Source: Octopus vulgaris
Lineage: Eukaryota
Reading direction: 5' to 3'
NCBI GenBank assembly: GCA_951406725.2
Contig: OX597817.1
Location: 129,766,001 to 129,830,000 of the forward strand
DNA length: 64,000 nucleotides
A program made the translations under genes and the position numbers. Shown piece by piece: positions 1 through 11,888 of this stretch (position 1 is the first letter of the stretch; each line of letters begins with the position of its first letter). Under the pieces are notes generated by a model that had not been told where the DNA came from, ran no database searches, and saw only the letters and a list, made by a program, of their open reading frames with translations.

Positions 1-75
1 AGACATCGAGAGAAATTTAATAAAGTTGAAGTAAAAAAAAAGAACATCAGGAAACAATAAAATCATCATTATCTG

Positions 76-76
<1 letters not shown>

Positions 77-122
<46 letters not shown>

Positions 123-1340
123 ACAACAACAACAACAGCAGCAGCAGTAGCAGTAGTAGCGACAACGACAACAGCAACAGACCATCTTGAAACAATAAAT
201 CGAGGAAAAATAAGAAAATATTTGGAACATGTGTCTCACCGCACAGATATGTTGTTGGCGGCGTACTGAAGTGTCTGAGTAATGGTGGGAGGCAGAGTTA
301 TAGTGATGGTAATAGCAGTGGGTGTTGGTCGCGAGTGGTGGATATGGTGATGGTGGTGGTAGTGGTGGTGGTGGGGGGAAGAGTTGTGATGAAGGTAGTG
401 TGGTGGCAGCGAGAGTGGTGATAATGGTGGTGGTGGTGGTGGTGATGGTGGCAGTGACGGTATGGTATACAGTGTATGTGGTGATGACGGTGTTAGTGCT
501 GCTGGCGATTGAAACTGTAGTTTTGGCTAGCTCAGATGGTGGTGTTGTGGTATAGGTTTCGGTCATGATGGTGAGCGATAGTGATGATAATAATGGGGTG
601 TTTGTGTGGCGTCAAGGATTGTGGTATATGACCAGTGGAAGTAGTGGTGTTGCGGTGGTTGTGATGGTGGTGGTGATATGTTCAGTGATGGAGGTGTTAC
701 TCATTACTGTGGTAATGTTTGAGCTAATGCAACCTTGTAGTTAGTTGTAGTGGTGGCGGTAGTGGTTGTGGTGATGTTAGTAGTAGTGGTGGTGGCGTTG
801 GGAGTGGTGGTGGTGGCATTGAGAGTGATGGTATGACGTTGGCCGTGGGGTGATAGCTTTAGTAGGAAGGTGTTGGCGTTGGGAGTGATTGTGGAAGTGG
901 TAGTAGTGATGGTGGTTGTGGTAGTAGTGGTGGTGGTGGCGTTGGGAGTGATAGTTATTGTGGTGGTGTTGATAGGGATGGTATGGCGCTGTAGTGATAG
1001 TGGTAGTGGTGGTAGTGGTAGCAGTGATGGTGGTGGCGGTGTTGGTAATGATAGTGGTGGCGTTGGGAGTGATGGTGTAGCGTTGGTAGTGATAATGGTG
1101 ATGTTGGTAGTGATGGTAGCAGTGGTGTTGATTCTGGCGATGGTGTGATCGTGGCGGTGATGGTTGTAGGGGGATGGCTGCGATAGCGGTGATATATTTG
1201 AAGTACTGTCTTTTGTAGAAGCACCTGTAATTCTAACGGAGAGTTCGTTGCGGGGCAGCGTAGTTTGTAGATGTGTTCGTAGTAGGGGTGTCTGCAGTGT
1301 GGTGATGATAGCTACAAAATTGTGATGTTGTTTGTAGTGC
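77..1340. repeat. Low-complexity trinucleotide region ((CAT)n, (CAA/CAG)n, then degenerate (GTG/GTA/GAT)n)
   Basis: Directly visible triplet runs. They explain the poly-Thr/Val/Gly/Pro ORFs on both strands. Confidence 0.9.
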
Positions 1341-1559
1341 TGTCGTGGGTAAGACTTCACACTGCATCCCGGTAGTAGGACCTTGGTTCGAAAATTCTAG
1401 GGTTTTGAAGGGTGAGGAACCACTTCTTAGCCGCTATTGCTCTCAGATCTATTCTGACCCGAAGTTATTGGAGCTGTTAGGGTCCCAGTTATATGTTAAC
1501 TAGTACGTGTACCACCCACTTCAAACTCTGGCTACATCTGCTCCGATAATCGGCGGTGA

Positions 1560-1925
1560 TTTGATCAGTGAATCCTTTACGACAGTCGACGGCAAGATGA
1601 GCTGCTACGGATCACACTAATCCAAAGTGTGTATGCATGTGACCAGGGGCCACAAGTGAACTGTATTCCCACTGAAACAATGAACTTTACATCTCAACAA
1701 CGAATGATGATTGCGACTACAGGGTTCGCGCTATCTGACACTCCTGATCTCCATGTGGGACTCTTGTCAATTTTGCGAGCTAGGTTTTGGGGTTGCAGAT
1801 CAAAGCGTTACTTTGCCTGCTTGAACGTTTGGGCCGACCGCCGGATGTGGTCAGCATTCGTGAGGGATATGGTGAATTCGTTGGTTGGAGTCGACTCAAC
1901 TCCGGGTGAATGCCACTGAAAGTAG
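1560..1925 (+). mobile_element. Decayed 3' end of an RTE-clade LINE
   Basis: The translation WADRRMWSAFVRDMVNSL...PG resembles the 'A.DR..W...V' C-terminus of RTE ORFs. Short and degenerate. Confidence 0.4.
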
Positions 1926-2186
1926 TAGTGTTCTAGTGTTATACCTTTTGATTTTTGTTTTTGTTTTTATGGTTGCTTCCTTCGGTGTCTGTATTTGGGT
2001 TGTAGTACAATTCGGAGAGTCATTTGCAGTGTTTGTTATGTCACTTATAGCGTTAAATTTACAGATACTTGACTTATTAATGACTTGTAGGTACACCGTA
2101 TTTCATTATGCAACCTTGATATACTACAAAGTATATTAAATGCTTTATAAGTCAATACTATGTTCTACTGTGTTAGCAGTGCTATT

Positions 2187-2353
2187 AAACCACTTCTTAA
2201 GGTTATGTCTGCAGATATTCTATTAAAAATCTGTAGAGATAACCCATAGCCTGTTTTTCCAGGAGACGTACTTGGATACGAAACGTCATAACAAATCAGA
2301 GGTGGTTATAATTTCTATAGAAAATCTGTAGAAATAACCTTAACAAGTGATTT
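2187..2353. repeat. Fold-back (MITE-like or inverted PLE-derived) element with 37-bp imperfect terminal inverted repeats
   Basis: AAACCACTTCTTAAGGTTATGTCTGCAGATATTCTAT (2187-2223) matches the reverse complement of 2317-2353 at about 32/37 positions. Confidence 0.65.
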
Positions 2354-3282
2354 GTCTTATTGTTTGTAATAAAATTTGTAGTCTTGACTGTACTGTAGTG
2401 GTGATTATAGTGTTGGTAGCGAAGTCTGTAGGAATATTTGAAGTGGTCTTTGTGGTATTTTTGTAGTACTGTTTGTAGTGTTTTTGTGGCATTTTTCTAG
2501 TGGTATTTGTGGTGTTGTTTGCAGTGGGGTTTGTATTGTTTTTGTAGTGTTCTTTGCAATGGTATTTGTAATGTTTTTTTGCAGTGGTGTTTATGTTGTT
2601 TTTGTAATGGTGTTTGTAACGTTGTTTGAGGTAGTATTCGTAGTTTTGCAGTCTTGGTTGTAGTATGGTGATGGTATTTGTAGTTGTTTATAATGATGTT
2701 TTCATTTTGTTTATGTTAGATATTATTATTGCACATTTTTGTTGGCGTATGGTAGTGGTGATAGCATTGATGATAATGATGGTGGTGGGTGGTTGTCTTG
2801 TGGTAGTGGTAGTGGTACTGTTGATAACGATAAGGATGAAGAGAAGGAGATGGTGGGAAAGGAGGAAAAGGGGCAGAAGAAGGAATATGAGTGCATGGAG
2901 GAGGCAACAATACGACGATGATTATCAAGTGACGATAAATTGGTCATGTAAAGTAGGACGAATGATGCAGCAGATTTCAAGTGTAACACCAAATTACAAA
3001 GCTCAATGCACACACACACGCACACACATACACGCACACACACACACACAGACACACACACACACAGACACACACACATACGCTAACACACACACGTACA
3101 CACACACTAACACACACACGCACACACACGCACACACACACGCACACACATGCACACACAGATACGTGCACACATAGACGCACACGCAGATACAAACAGA
3201 CACACTCAAAGGAACACACTGACATGCACAGATACAACTACAAATATACGCTCCTTACATACGCACATATATAAATAGGAGT

Positions 3283-3608
3283 GAAGGCGCGTGGCTTAGT
3301 GGTTAGAGCATCCGGCTCACGATCCTAAGGTCATGAGTTCAATTCCCGGTGACGCGTTGTGTCATTGAGCAAGACACTATTTTTCACGTTGCTCCAGTCC
3401 GCTCAGCTGGCAAAAATGAGTAGTACCTGTATTTCAAATGGCCAGCCATGTCACACTCTGTGTCACGCTGAATCTCCCTGAGACTACGTTAAGAGTACAT
3501 GTGTCTGTGGAGTGCTCAGCCACTTGAACGTTAATTTCATGAGCAAGCTGTTCTGTTGATCGTATCAGCTGGGACCCACGTCGTCGTAACTGACGGAGTG
3601 CTCCAACA
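3283..3608 (+). mobile_element. tRNA-derived SINE (family C; CORE-like central domain)
   Basis: Pol III A box (TGGCTTAGTGG) and B box (GAGTTCAATTCC), then the CORE-like TTGAGCAAGACACT...TTGCTCCAGT. Homologous copy at 8258-8562 (-). Confidence 0.85.
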
Positions 3609-3658
3609 TTAATAAGTACATACATAATGCATACATACGCACAATATATAGACACACA

Positions 3659-3710
<52 letters not shown>

Positions 3711-4090
3711 TGTGTGTACTTATGCACACGCATACATACATGCAGACGTACATACACATGCACAAATATACCAGTATATAATTCATTTGTTGAGAAAGTA
3801 AGTGCATACATTCACACACGCACGTATGTTCGCAGACATACATGTATAATTTTTTAAAAATTGAGCCAAGAAACAAGACTCAAAGTGGCCAGAAGCATGT
3901 ATTTAAATAACAGACGAATACAGATATATCAAATACCATACAACATAAATTCTTGGTTTATTAAAACTGTCCCTGTCTCTAGAGGATGTATCATAATAAC
4001 GAAATGGTAATTAAGGCCAGATTCACTTGAGAAGTGGAGTTATTAAGACTTTCTTCAAAATTGACGTATACATAGATGGCAATTGACCTG

Positions 4091-4216
4091 ATACTTATTC
4101 TATCTGTTCCTTTTGCCGAACCGCTAGGTTACGGGGACGTAAGCACATCAGCATCAGTTGGCAGGCAGCGTAGTGTACAAGCACAGATACAAAGACACAC
4201 ACACACACACACACGC

Positions 4217-4284
<68 letters not shown>

Positions 4285-4320
4285 ACGACGGACTTCTTTC
4301 AGTTTCCGTCCACCAAATGC
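4091..4320 (-). mobile_element. SINE family B fragment with internal (CA)n
   Basis: Reverse-complement match to the full copy at 4576-4980 (TTTTGCCGAACCGCTA.GTTACGGGGACGTAA; CTTCTTTCAGTTTCCGTC). Confidence 0.85.
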
Positions 4321-4575
4321 CCGTTGAACAAAATGGCAAAAGCTCGCTCGATCTCGATTTTCAGATGGTTGCCGTCTCCATGTGCTTCCACGTTGTCAAA
4401 AACATTTCTGATTTTCAGTCCATGATTTTTCAAATTACAAGTCAGACTCGTTACAGATGTGGTTGATTTGAAGCATAGACGCCGGCGAAACTACTGTCAT
4501 AAGGTCACGAGTCCAAAGTCCTAATCACTAAGCCATGCGCCTCTTGCTGTGGACTACTATAATTATTGCATTATC

Positions 4576-4980
4576 GGCTGTGTGGTAAGTAGCTTGCTTA
4601 CCAACCACATGGTTTCGGGTTCAGTCCCACTGTGTGGCACCTTGGGCAAGTGTCTTCTACTATAGCCTCGGGCCGACTAAAGCCTTGTGAGTGGATTTGG
4701 TAGATGGAAACTGAAAGAAGCCCGTCGTATATATCTATATATATATATATATACGTATGTGTGTATATGTTTGTGTGTCTGTATATGTCCCCCCAACACT
4801 GCTTGACAACCGATGCTGGTGTGTTTACGTCCCCGTAACTTAGCGATTCAGCAAAAGAGACCAATAGAATAAGTACTAGGCTTACAAAAAATAAGTCCTG
4901 GGAGTGATTTGCGTGACTAAAGCCGGTGCTCCAGCATGGTCACAGTCAAATGACTGAAAGAAGTAAAAGAGTAAAAGAGA
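4576..4980 (+). mobile_element. tRNA-derived CORE-type SINE (family B), full length, with internal microsatellite
   Basis: Head GGCTGTGTGGTAAG...GGGTTCAGTCCC, CORE-like CACCTTGGGCAAGTGTCTTC, central (TA/TG)n, tail GGTGCTCCAGCATGG...AAGTAAAAGAGTAAAAGA. More than 10 copies or fragments in the window. Confidence 0.9.
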
Positions 4981-5925
4981 TGTGGTAATGGCGGTGGGGG
5001 TGGGGGTTTATAGTTCTTGTTCTTTAACGTCCCTTTAGCCCTGAACGAGCATATATATGATCAAAGGAATTCCAGACGTGACTGTCCTGTCTTTTATTTA
5101 AACAGCATAGACTGAAAGACTATTGCATTATTTAATGTGCCCTATATTTTTTTAAGATTATAAGAAAAAGGCAAAAAAAGAAAGAAAGAACGAAGAAGCA
5201 GAGTAAAATAAGTTGTTGCTGATGTTGAAGAGAAATGATAGAAAATGAAGGGGGAATGGGTAGGGGGCGGGGAGAAGAATATGAAAAAGAAGACGAGGAA
5301 GAAAAAGACAAACAGCAAGAAGTAAAATATGTACCCTTCCCATTTCGCCCGCTTCCAGCGCCATATTATAGGATTTTATATGTGAATTAGTTTTGAATGT
5401 TGTTGGAGCGATTTTGAGAGTTACGCTGGAGGGGGTCCACTCGTGTAACTCACTAGAGGTCTTTCTGTAATAGTGGGGTATACAGGAGGTAGGTATTTTT
5501 GTTGTTGTTGTTGTGGTGGTGGTGGTGGTGGTGGTGGAGGGATATAGATGGATGGTAGATGGAGGTTTAGGGAAAAGAAACGGACCAGAGAACACGTGGG
5601 GATGAGACGAAGTGTGGAATGATGGTTTGTTTTTATTAAATTTGTTTTTATTATAGTGTGAGAAAAGAGAAGGGGAAGTAGTGAGAAAAGCAAAAGAATG
5701 ATGGAGAAACAGAAAGAGGGGCGTACAGAGAGAGAGAGAGAGAGAGATACAGAGAGGTGGTAGAAAGACAGAGAGAGTGAGAAGAGAGGCGGATAGAAAG
5801 ATAGATAGATGAGAGTGACATGAGATAGCGGGAGAGAGAAAGAGAGAGAATGAACGACTGGTGCATTGATAGAGAGATGGGAGAAAGACAAACAAACAGA
5901 GATAGAGACGATAGGTAAATAGATA

Positions 5926-6153
5926 GGCGGCGAGCTGGCAGAAACGTTAGCACGCCGGGTGAAATGCGTAGCCGTATTTCGTCTGCCGTTACGTTCTGTG
6001 TTCAAATTCCGCCGAGGTCAACTTTGCCTTTCATCCTTTCGGGGTCGATAAATTAAGTACCAGTTACGCACTGGGATCGATATAATCGACTTAATCCGTC
6101 TGTCGATCCTTGTGTGTCTCCTCTGTGTTTAGCCCCTTGTGGGTAGTAAAGAA
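5926..6153 (+). mobile_element. tRNA-derived Meta-domain SINE (family A, young subtype A1), full length with 15-bp TSD
   Basis: Head GGCGGCGAGCTGGCAGAA...GTTCAAATTCC and Meta-like domain GCCTTTCATCCTTTCGGGGTCGATAAATTAAGTACCAG. Flanked by direct repeat ATAGGTAAATAGATA (5911-5925, 6154-6168). Confidence 0.92.
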
Positions 6154-6614
6154 ATAGGTAAATAGATATACAAAAAATCTAGAAAGATAGCGTGAGATCA
6201 AGGGAAGAAACAGTGTAAGACTAGCAAAAAGAAAGAGCGAACGGAAGAGTGAGAAGTGTAAGTGAGAAGGGATAAATAGAGAGTGGAGGAATATAGAAAA
6301 AAAGGTAATCAAGAGATGAATGAAAGAGGTAAGAAGAGGCGGGAAAAAGATAGGAAGCAATAAAAAATATATAAAAAGATATTATTAATAAATAATAATA
6401 ATATAAGCGGTTAGCAAGCATAGAATAAGCTTAAAGGTAAAATTATTAATTTGTAATCAAGGTTAGCAGAAAGTACACGACATTGCTAGAAATAAGAATC
6501 AAAAACGACTCAAAAACCAGTTATCATTTCTACACACTGGTGAATTCGAGGAAACGAGTAAATATAAAAGCCAACTTACCAATAGCGTGTGAAAATCGCA
6601 AATGATTTGCAGAC

Positions 6615-6674
6615 ATACTTATATCACGTGATTTCGAACCCTGTGATAAACACTTAGTCCTCATCAGTGAGTAT
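6615..6674 (-). ncRNA. Minimal type-I hammerhead ribozyme (Penelope/retrozyme type)
   Basis: Minus strand reads AUACUCA-CUGAUGA-GGACU...GGUUC-GAAA-UCACGUGA-UA-UAAGUAU. Catalytic core complete, stems I and II present, palindromic stem III, AUA cleavage triplet. Confidence 0.75.
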
Positions 6675-6841
6675 TACTGCTTCGGGTTAAAGATATTCGA
6701 ATCACCATGTGTGTATTGACCATTTGAACGCAGCGACAAATTAAAAAATGATCGATATGAATAAAATTATAAAAATATATAAAGATATTATTGTTAATTG
6801 CTTAGCAATGCTGTGTACTGTCTTGTACCTTTATATATATG

Positions 6842-6892
<51 letters not shown>

Positions 6893-8257
6893 GCAGAGAG
6901 AGAGAGAGAGAGAGAGAAAGAAGGTGGGGTTGGAGCAGTCTCTTAAAGAGACAGAAATACAATGGAGAGTAGATATTTCTCATTCTTCGAAATCCCTATT
7001 TCACTCTAGCATCTTTTTACATTATCATACCACACATACCTACACATCACACACGCATACACACATAGACACACAAAAGCACACAAACTTACGTACACAA
7101 ATACATGCATACATAAATACATACATACGTAGTACATACATACATGCACGCATACATGCATACATACGTACATACATGCACAAATGCCTACCTACCTACT
7201 TACCTACCTACCCACCTACCTACCTACCTATACATACATACATACATACATACATACATACATACATACATAAATACATACATACATGCAAACACATATA
7301 CATACGTAAATGCATGTATGCATACATATATATATATGGTTCTCTGTTTCGATTACACAGGTGCAGTTTTTATGGGTCAAACCGAAGATATGTATAATAA
7401 CATTTGCCCAGGATGCTGCAAAGTGGGATTGAACTCAGGACGAACTTCTTAACCATTCGGTCATACTGCGTTTACGCATACGTAGATATATGCATACCTA
7501 CACATATATGTACATCATCTTCATCATCATCATCATCATAATCATTATCATCATCATCACCACATAACGTCTGTAAATTTTGCATAGGTTGGACGGTTTG
7601 ACAGGATCCGATTAGTCAAGGGGTTGTGTTAAGCTCTAATAGCTACTTTGGTAAGGTTTCTACGGCTAGATGTCTTTTCAAACGCCGACCGCTTGAAAGT
7701 GTACTGGAGGTACTTTTTCGTGGCGCCAGTTCGATTGAAGTTACATTACAAGAACCCTTGACTGAGTTGGGAAGCAGAATTGAAAGAGGTGGCTTCGTGC
7801 CAGGTGCTGAGAAACTAAAACATGACAGGAAGAGTGGAACAGATGTCTTGCTGTACACACACATGTGTGTACACATCCATCCATCTATTCAGTTTCTCCG
7901 TCCACTATTCCTGAATGTGGTGTGGATAGGGTCCTTAGGCACCTTACTGGACCCCGGTACGCACATCCTTTGTACTCCCAACCCACACCTCCCAGAACTA
8001 GTTGTAGGCTTATTGCTCGTTATATGGACATTGGGTGGAGACTGCAATATACTTTTCGAACGTACCTCCCTGCCTAAAATCTGAACGTGGCCCTTGTTAA
8101 CCTGCGATGCGGTAGAGCTATTCTTTCGATCCCTTTTCATATTGCAGCCTTTGCTGGGCTTATTCGCACCAGACATAAAGCTAATATTTCTATTGGACCC
8201 GTGATAGGTATGTATATTTACATACATATATAGATACATAAAAAAAAACAAAGAAAC

Positions 8258-8562
8258 CTGGCGTCCCGTCGGTTACGATGACGAAAGTTCCAATTGATCC
8301 AATCAACGGATTAGTCTGCTTGCGAGATTAACGTGAAAATGGCTGAACACTCCAAGTACACGCGTATTCTTAATGCAGTACTAAGGGAAAGAATCTGACG
8401 GGGCCGGCCCTTTGAATTACTGGTACAACTCATTTTTGTCAGCTGAGTGAACTGGGGCAACGTGAAATAAAGTGTCTTGCTCAAGGACACAATCAACGGG
8501 AGTCGAACTCACGTCCTTAAGATCGTGAACTGAATACACTAACACCTAAGTCACGCCCCTCC
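8258..8562 (-). mobile_element. SINE family C copy
   Basis: Reverse-complement homology to 3283-3608 (AAGTGTCTTGCTCAAGGACACAA; CTCATTTTTGTCAGCTGAGT). Confidence 0.85.
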
Positions 8563-10190
8563 ACACACACACACACACACGTACAAAGATACATACATAC
8601 ATACATACATACATACATACATACATACATACATACATACATACATACATAAATACATACATACATAGGTATGCATGTATGTATTTTATTCTTACATGCA
8701 CATAAGTACTATATCAACTACTGTGAACAACGAGAAAGCAATTCTAATAATCTCTTCAAAATGTTTACTCATACCTGGCAATGACATCGGGGGCGGGCAA
8801 ATCACAAGACGAAAGAGAAACCAATGGAAATTGCATGTTACTAACTTGAGAGGCAAGACCATATTAAAAGACATTTGCCGTTGGACCATAGACCTGGCTC
8901 AATTGTTTGGGACTATGCTTTATCTGGACATCCAGCGGAGCAATGATAAGGGTGAGGTAATGGACGATGCGACGAATTTAGTCCTCAGATATCTGAACAG
9001 AGCTGTCTTTGAATGGCCGGAAGATGTTCAATGTTGGCATCGCTTCGAAGGTGTACAACCGTGTGACAGCCGTGTCTTGTAACAAGGATGCAGTGCTTCA
9101 CAAGCAGTGTGCTGCAAGAGGTCTCTGGGTGCGCTGCCAGATTTTAAAAAAATAAAAATTTAAGGTTTTAGAAAGTCTTTATGGCGATTGTGATGATGTT
9201 GACGATAACAATGACATCTCCAGCGTCGATGATAATGAAGATGATAGTGATTGTAATGATATGATAGCAGTGATGACGAAAATGATGACGACGACGACGA
9301 AAATGATGATAACGAAAATAATGATGATGACAATGATAACGACAACGATGATGATGATGATGGCAATGATGATGATGATGAGGATGGTATTGACGAAGGG
9401 TGATAGTAGCAATAGTGACGACGACTATAGAGCATTTAAGATGTTTTCTTTTATTAAAAGCGAAGCAAATACGGAGGTAAAAAGTTACATTTAAAAACAG
9501 GAAATTGAGATGCAATCGATGGCATAAAGAAAGATATAAAAAAAGAACTGAAGAATATCTTGGAAGGCTAAATCGATACAATGTATCTGAATATGGAAGA
9601 GGAATCTGTAGATAACTATGTGGTGCATGCATATAGAACTGCATATGCACATTTGTATTTGTAGTTGTTATATATTTTTTTTATATATATATGCGTTTTA
9701 TATTGTTGGTGTTGTTAGTATTTAACCCGATATTTATACTGATTGTGTCGACCTAGGATTAAATGTGTTTCAGTCATGCCAATATTGTTTACTTCGTGAT
9801 GTCTAGAAATTGATTTATCTAATGTATCTTTTTTTCTTTATTTACAATAGATGTGATTTGAGGACTATCTGGCTCCCACTTCTGTTATTATATGTGTGTT
9901 GTGTTTGCGTGTAAATGAAATTTCAATAGCGGAAAAAAAAATATATATATAGTTTAAGCCCATGTTAGCCCTAAGCTGATTTATAGGAACCCCGCCCCTA
10001 AAATGGATTTGATGATAGGAATAAAGATGTTTTTCATAACATTGATTTTCTCAAGATTATTAACGGTGTGGAGGAGTATGACACCGACCCAGAAATCGAA
10101 ACTGTGTTGCTGAGTAAGCTCTAGAGTGCCTTACTTTTATTCTATAACACTATGTAAACACGAGCTGTTGTAATAATTGTTTCTAATTTA

Positions 10191-10990
10191 AGGCGGCGAG
10201 CTGGCAGAAGCATAAGCACGCCGGACGAAATGCTTAGTGGTATTTTGTCTGCCGTTACGTTCTGAGTTCAAATTCCGCCGAGGTCGACTTTACCTTTCAT
10301 CCTTTCGGGGTCAATTAACTAAGTACTAGTTACGCACTGGAGTCGATGTAATCGACTTAATCCGTTTGTCTGTCCTGGTTTCTCTCCTCTGTGTTTAGCC
10401 CCTTGTGGGTAGTAAAGAAATAGGTATTTCGTCTGCCGCTACGTTCCGAGTTCAAATTCCGCCGAGGTCGACTTTGCCTTTCATCCTTTCGGGGTCGATA
10501 AATTAAGTACCAGTTACACACTGGGGTCGATATAATCAACTTAATCTGTTTGTCTGTCCTTGTTTGTCCCCTCTGTGTTTAGCCCCTTGTGGGTAGTAAA
10601 GAAATAGGTATTTCGTCAGCCGCTACGTTCTGAGTTCAAATTCCACCGAGGTCGACTTTGCCTTCATCCTTTCGGGGTCAATTAAATAAGTACCAGTTAC
10701 GCACTGGGGTCGATATAATCGACTTAATTCGTTTGTCTGTCCTTGTTTGTCCTCTCTGTGTGTAGCCCCTTGTGGGCAGTAAAGAAATAGGTAATCTGGC
10801 AGAATCATTAGCACTCCGAACAAGATACTTAGCAACATTTTGTCTGTCTTTAGGTTCTGAGTTCAAATACCGCCGAGGTTGGCTTTGCCTTTTATGCTCC
10901 CGGTCGATAAATGCCAGTTGAGTACTGAGGACAATGTTATTGACTACCCCCTCCCCTTAAATTTCAGGCTTTTTGTCTATAGTAGAAAGG
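10191..10990 (+). mobile_element. Head-to-tail array of Meta-domain SINE family A (one head, three A1 bodies, one older A2 copy)
   Basis: About 184-bp units joined by GAAATAG|GTATTTC at 10417-10430 and 10601-10614. The third tail joins GTAATCTGGCAG of an older copy at 10791. Confidence 0.9.
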
Positions 10991-11630
10991 ATTATTATTG
11001 TTGTTATCATACTCTCCCAACGACGCTGCTGACATATCTTTTGCTGATAAAGGGGTTGGGGAAAAAAACGAGACAGAAAAAGAAATAAAATTTAATTAAC
11101 TTTAAATTTCTGCTAGGGAAAAAGATTTTCTTTAAACACACACACAGACGAACCTGTACATATATTGATCCCATATATGTATATTTATGTGTGTTTCTCC
11201 CTCATATATATGTTTATTTGTTGAAACGTTTAGAGTTTCAAAATTGTTTTTATTGGTATCTTTACTATTCAAATATTTAATTTTCGAAATTCTTCCTTTT
11301 TTTTCATATTCGCCATCTTTTTTCTTAATTAAATTAGTTTATTTTCAGTAAAACCTGATCGTTATTGCTAACACAATGTTAGTGTGTGTTTTTGTAGCAT
11401 TACTATATGAATAGCAGCAGACTATATATGTATACATATATATATATGTTTTGTTTTTATGCATTTATATGTATGTAAATATGTATGTATATATGTATGT
11501 ATGTATGTATGTAAGTATGTATGTATGTATGTATGTATGTATGTATGTATGTATGTGTGTGTATGTATGTGTGTGTGTATATATATATATATCTTTCTCC
11601 TTTCTGTTTGTCTCTCTATTTGTCTATCAA

Positions 11631-11676
<46 letters not shown>

Positions 11677-11780
11677 TACATACACACACACACACATATA
11701 TATATCTATTTTCGATTCATACATACACATACATAAATGAATAATATCTCCAATAAAAGTGATGTGAGTCTTCAAAGTAA

Positions 11781-11888
<108 letters not shown>

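Noticed and set aside
120-1360. Thr/Pro/Val/Gly-rich ORFs up to 218 aa (mucin-like)
   Set aside because: Open frames on both strands arise from stop-poor trinucleotide low-complexity DNA. No domain or splice evidence.
1905-1917. GGTGAATGCCA resembling the 3' part of miR-124
   Set aside because: No seed and no hairpin. It lies in an RTE-like 3' end.
2627-2648. TGAGGTAGTA matching the first 10 nt of let-7
   Set aside because: The remainder mismatches, the context is GT-rich low complexity, and there is no star arm.
3283-3355. tRNA-like sequence with A and B boxes
   Set aside because: No complete cloverleaf. It continues into a SINE body with paralogs in the window.
5158-6005. 245-aa and 194-aa minus-strand ORFs
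   Set aside because: Translations of GA-rich tracts and a SINE.
10191-10990. Regularly spaced repeats (CRISPR-like periodicity)
   Set aside because: Whole 184-bp units are repeated with no unique spacers. Eukaryotic SINE sequence, no cas genes.
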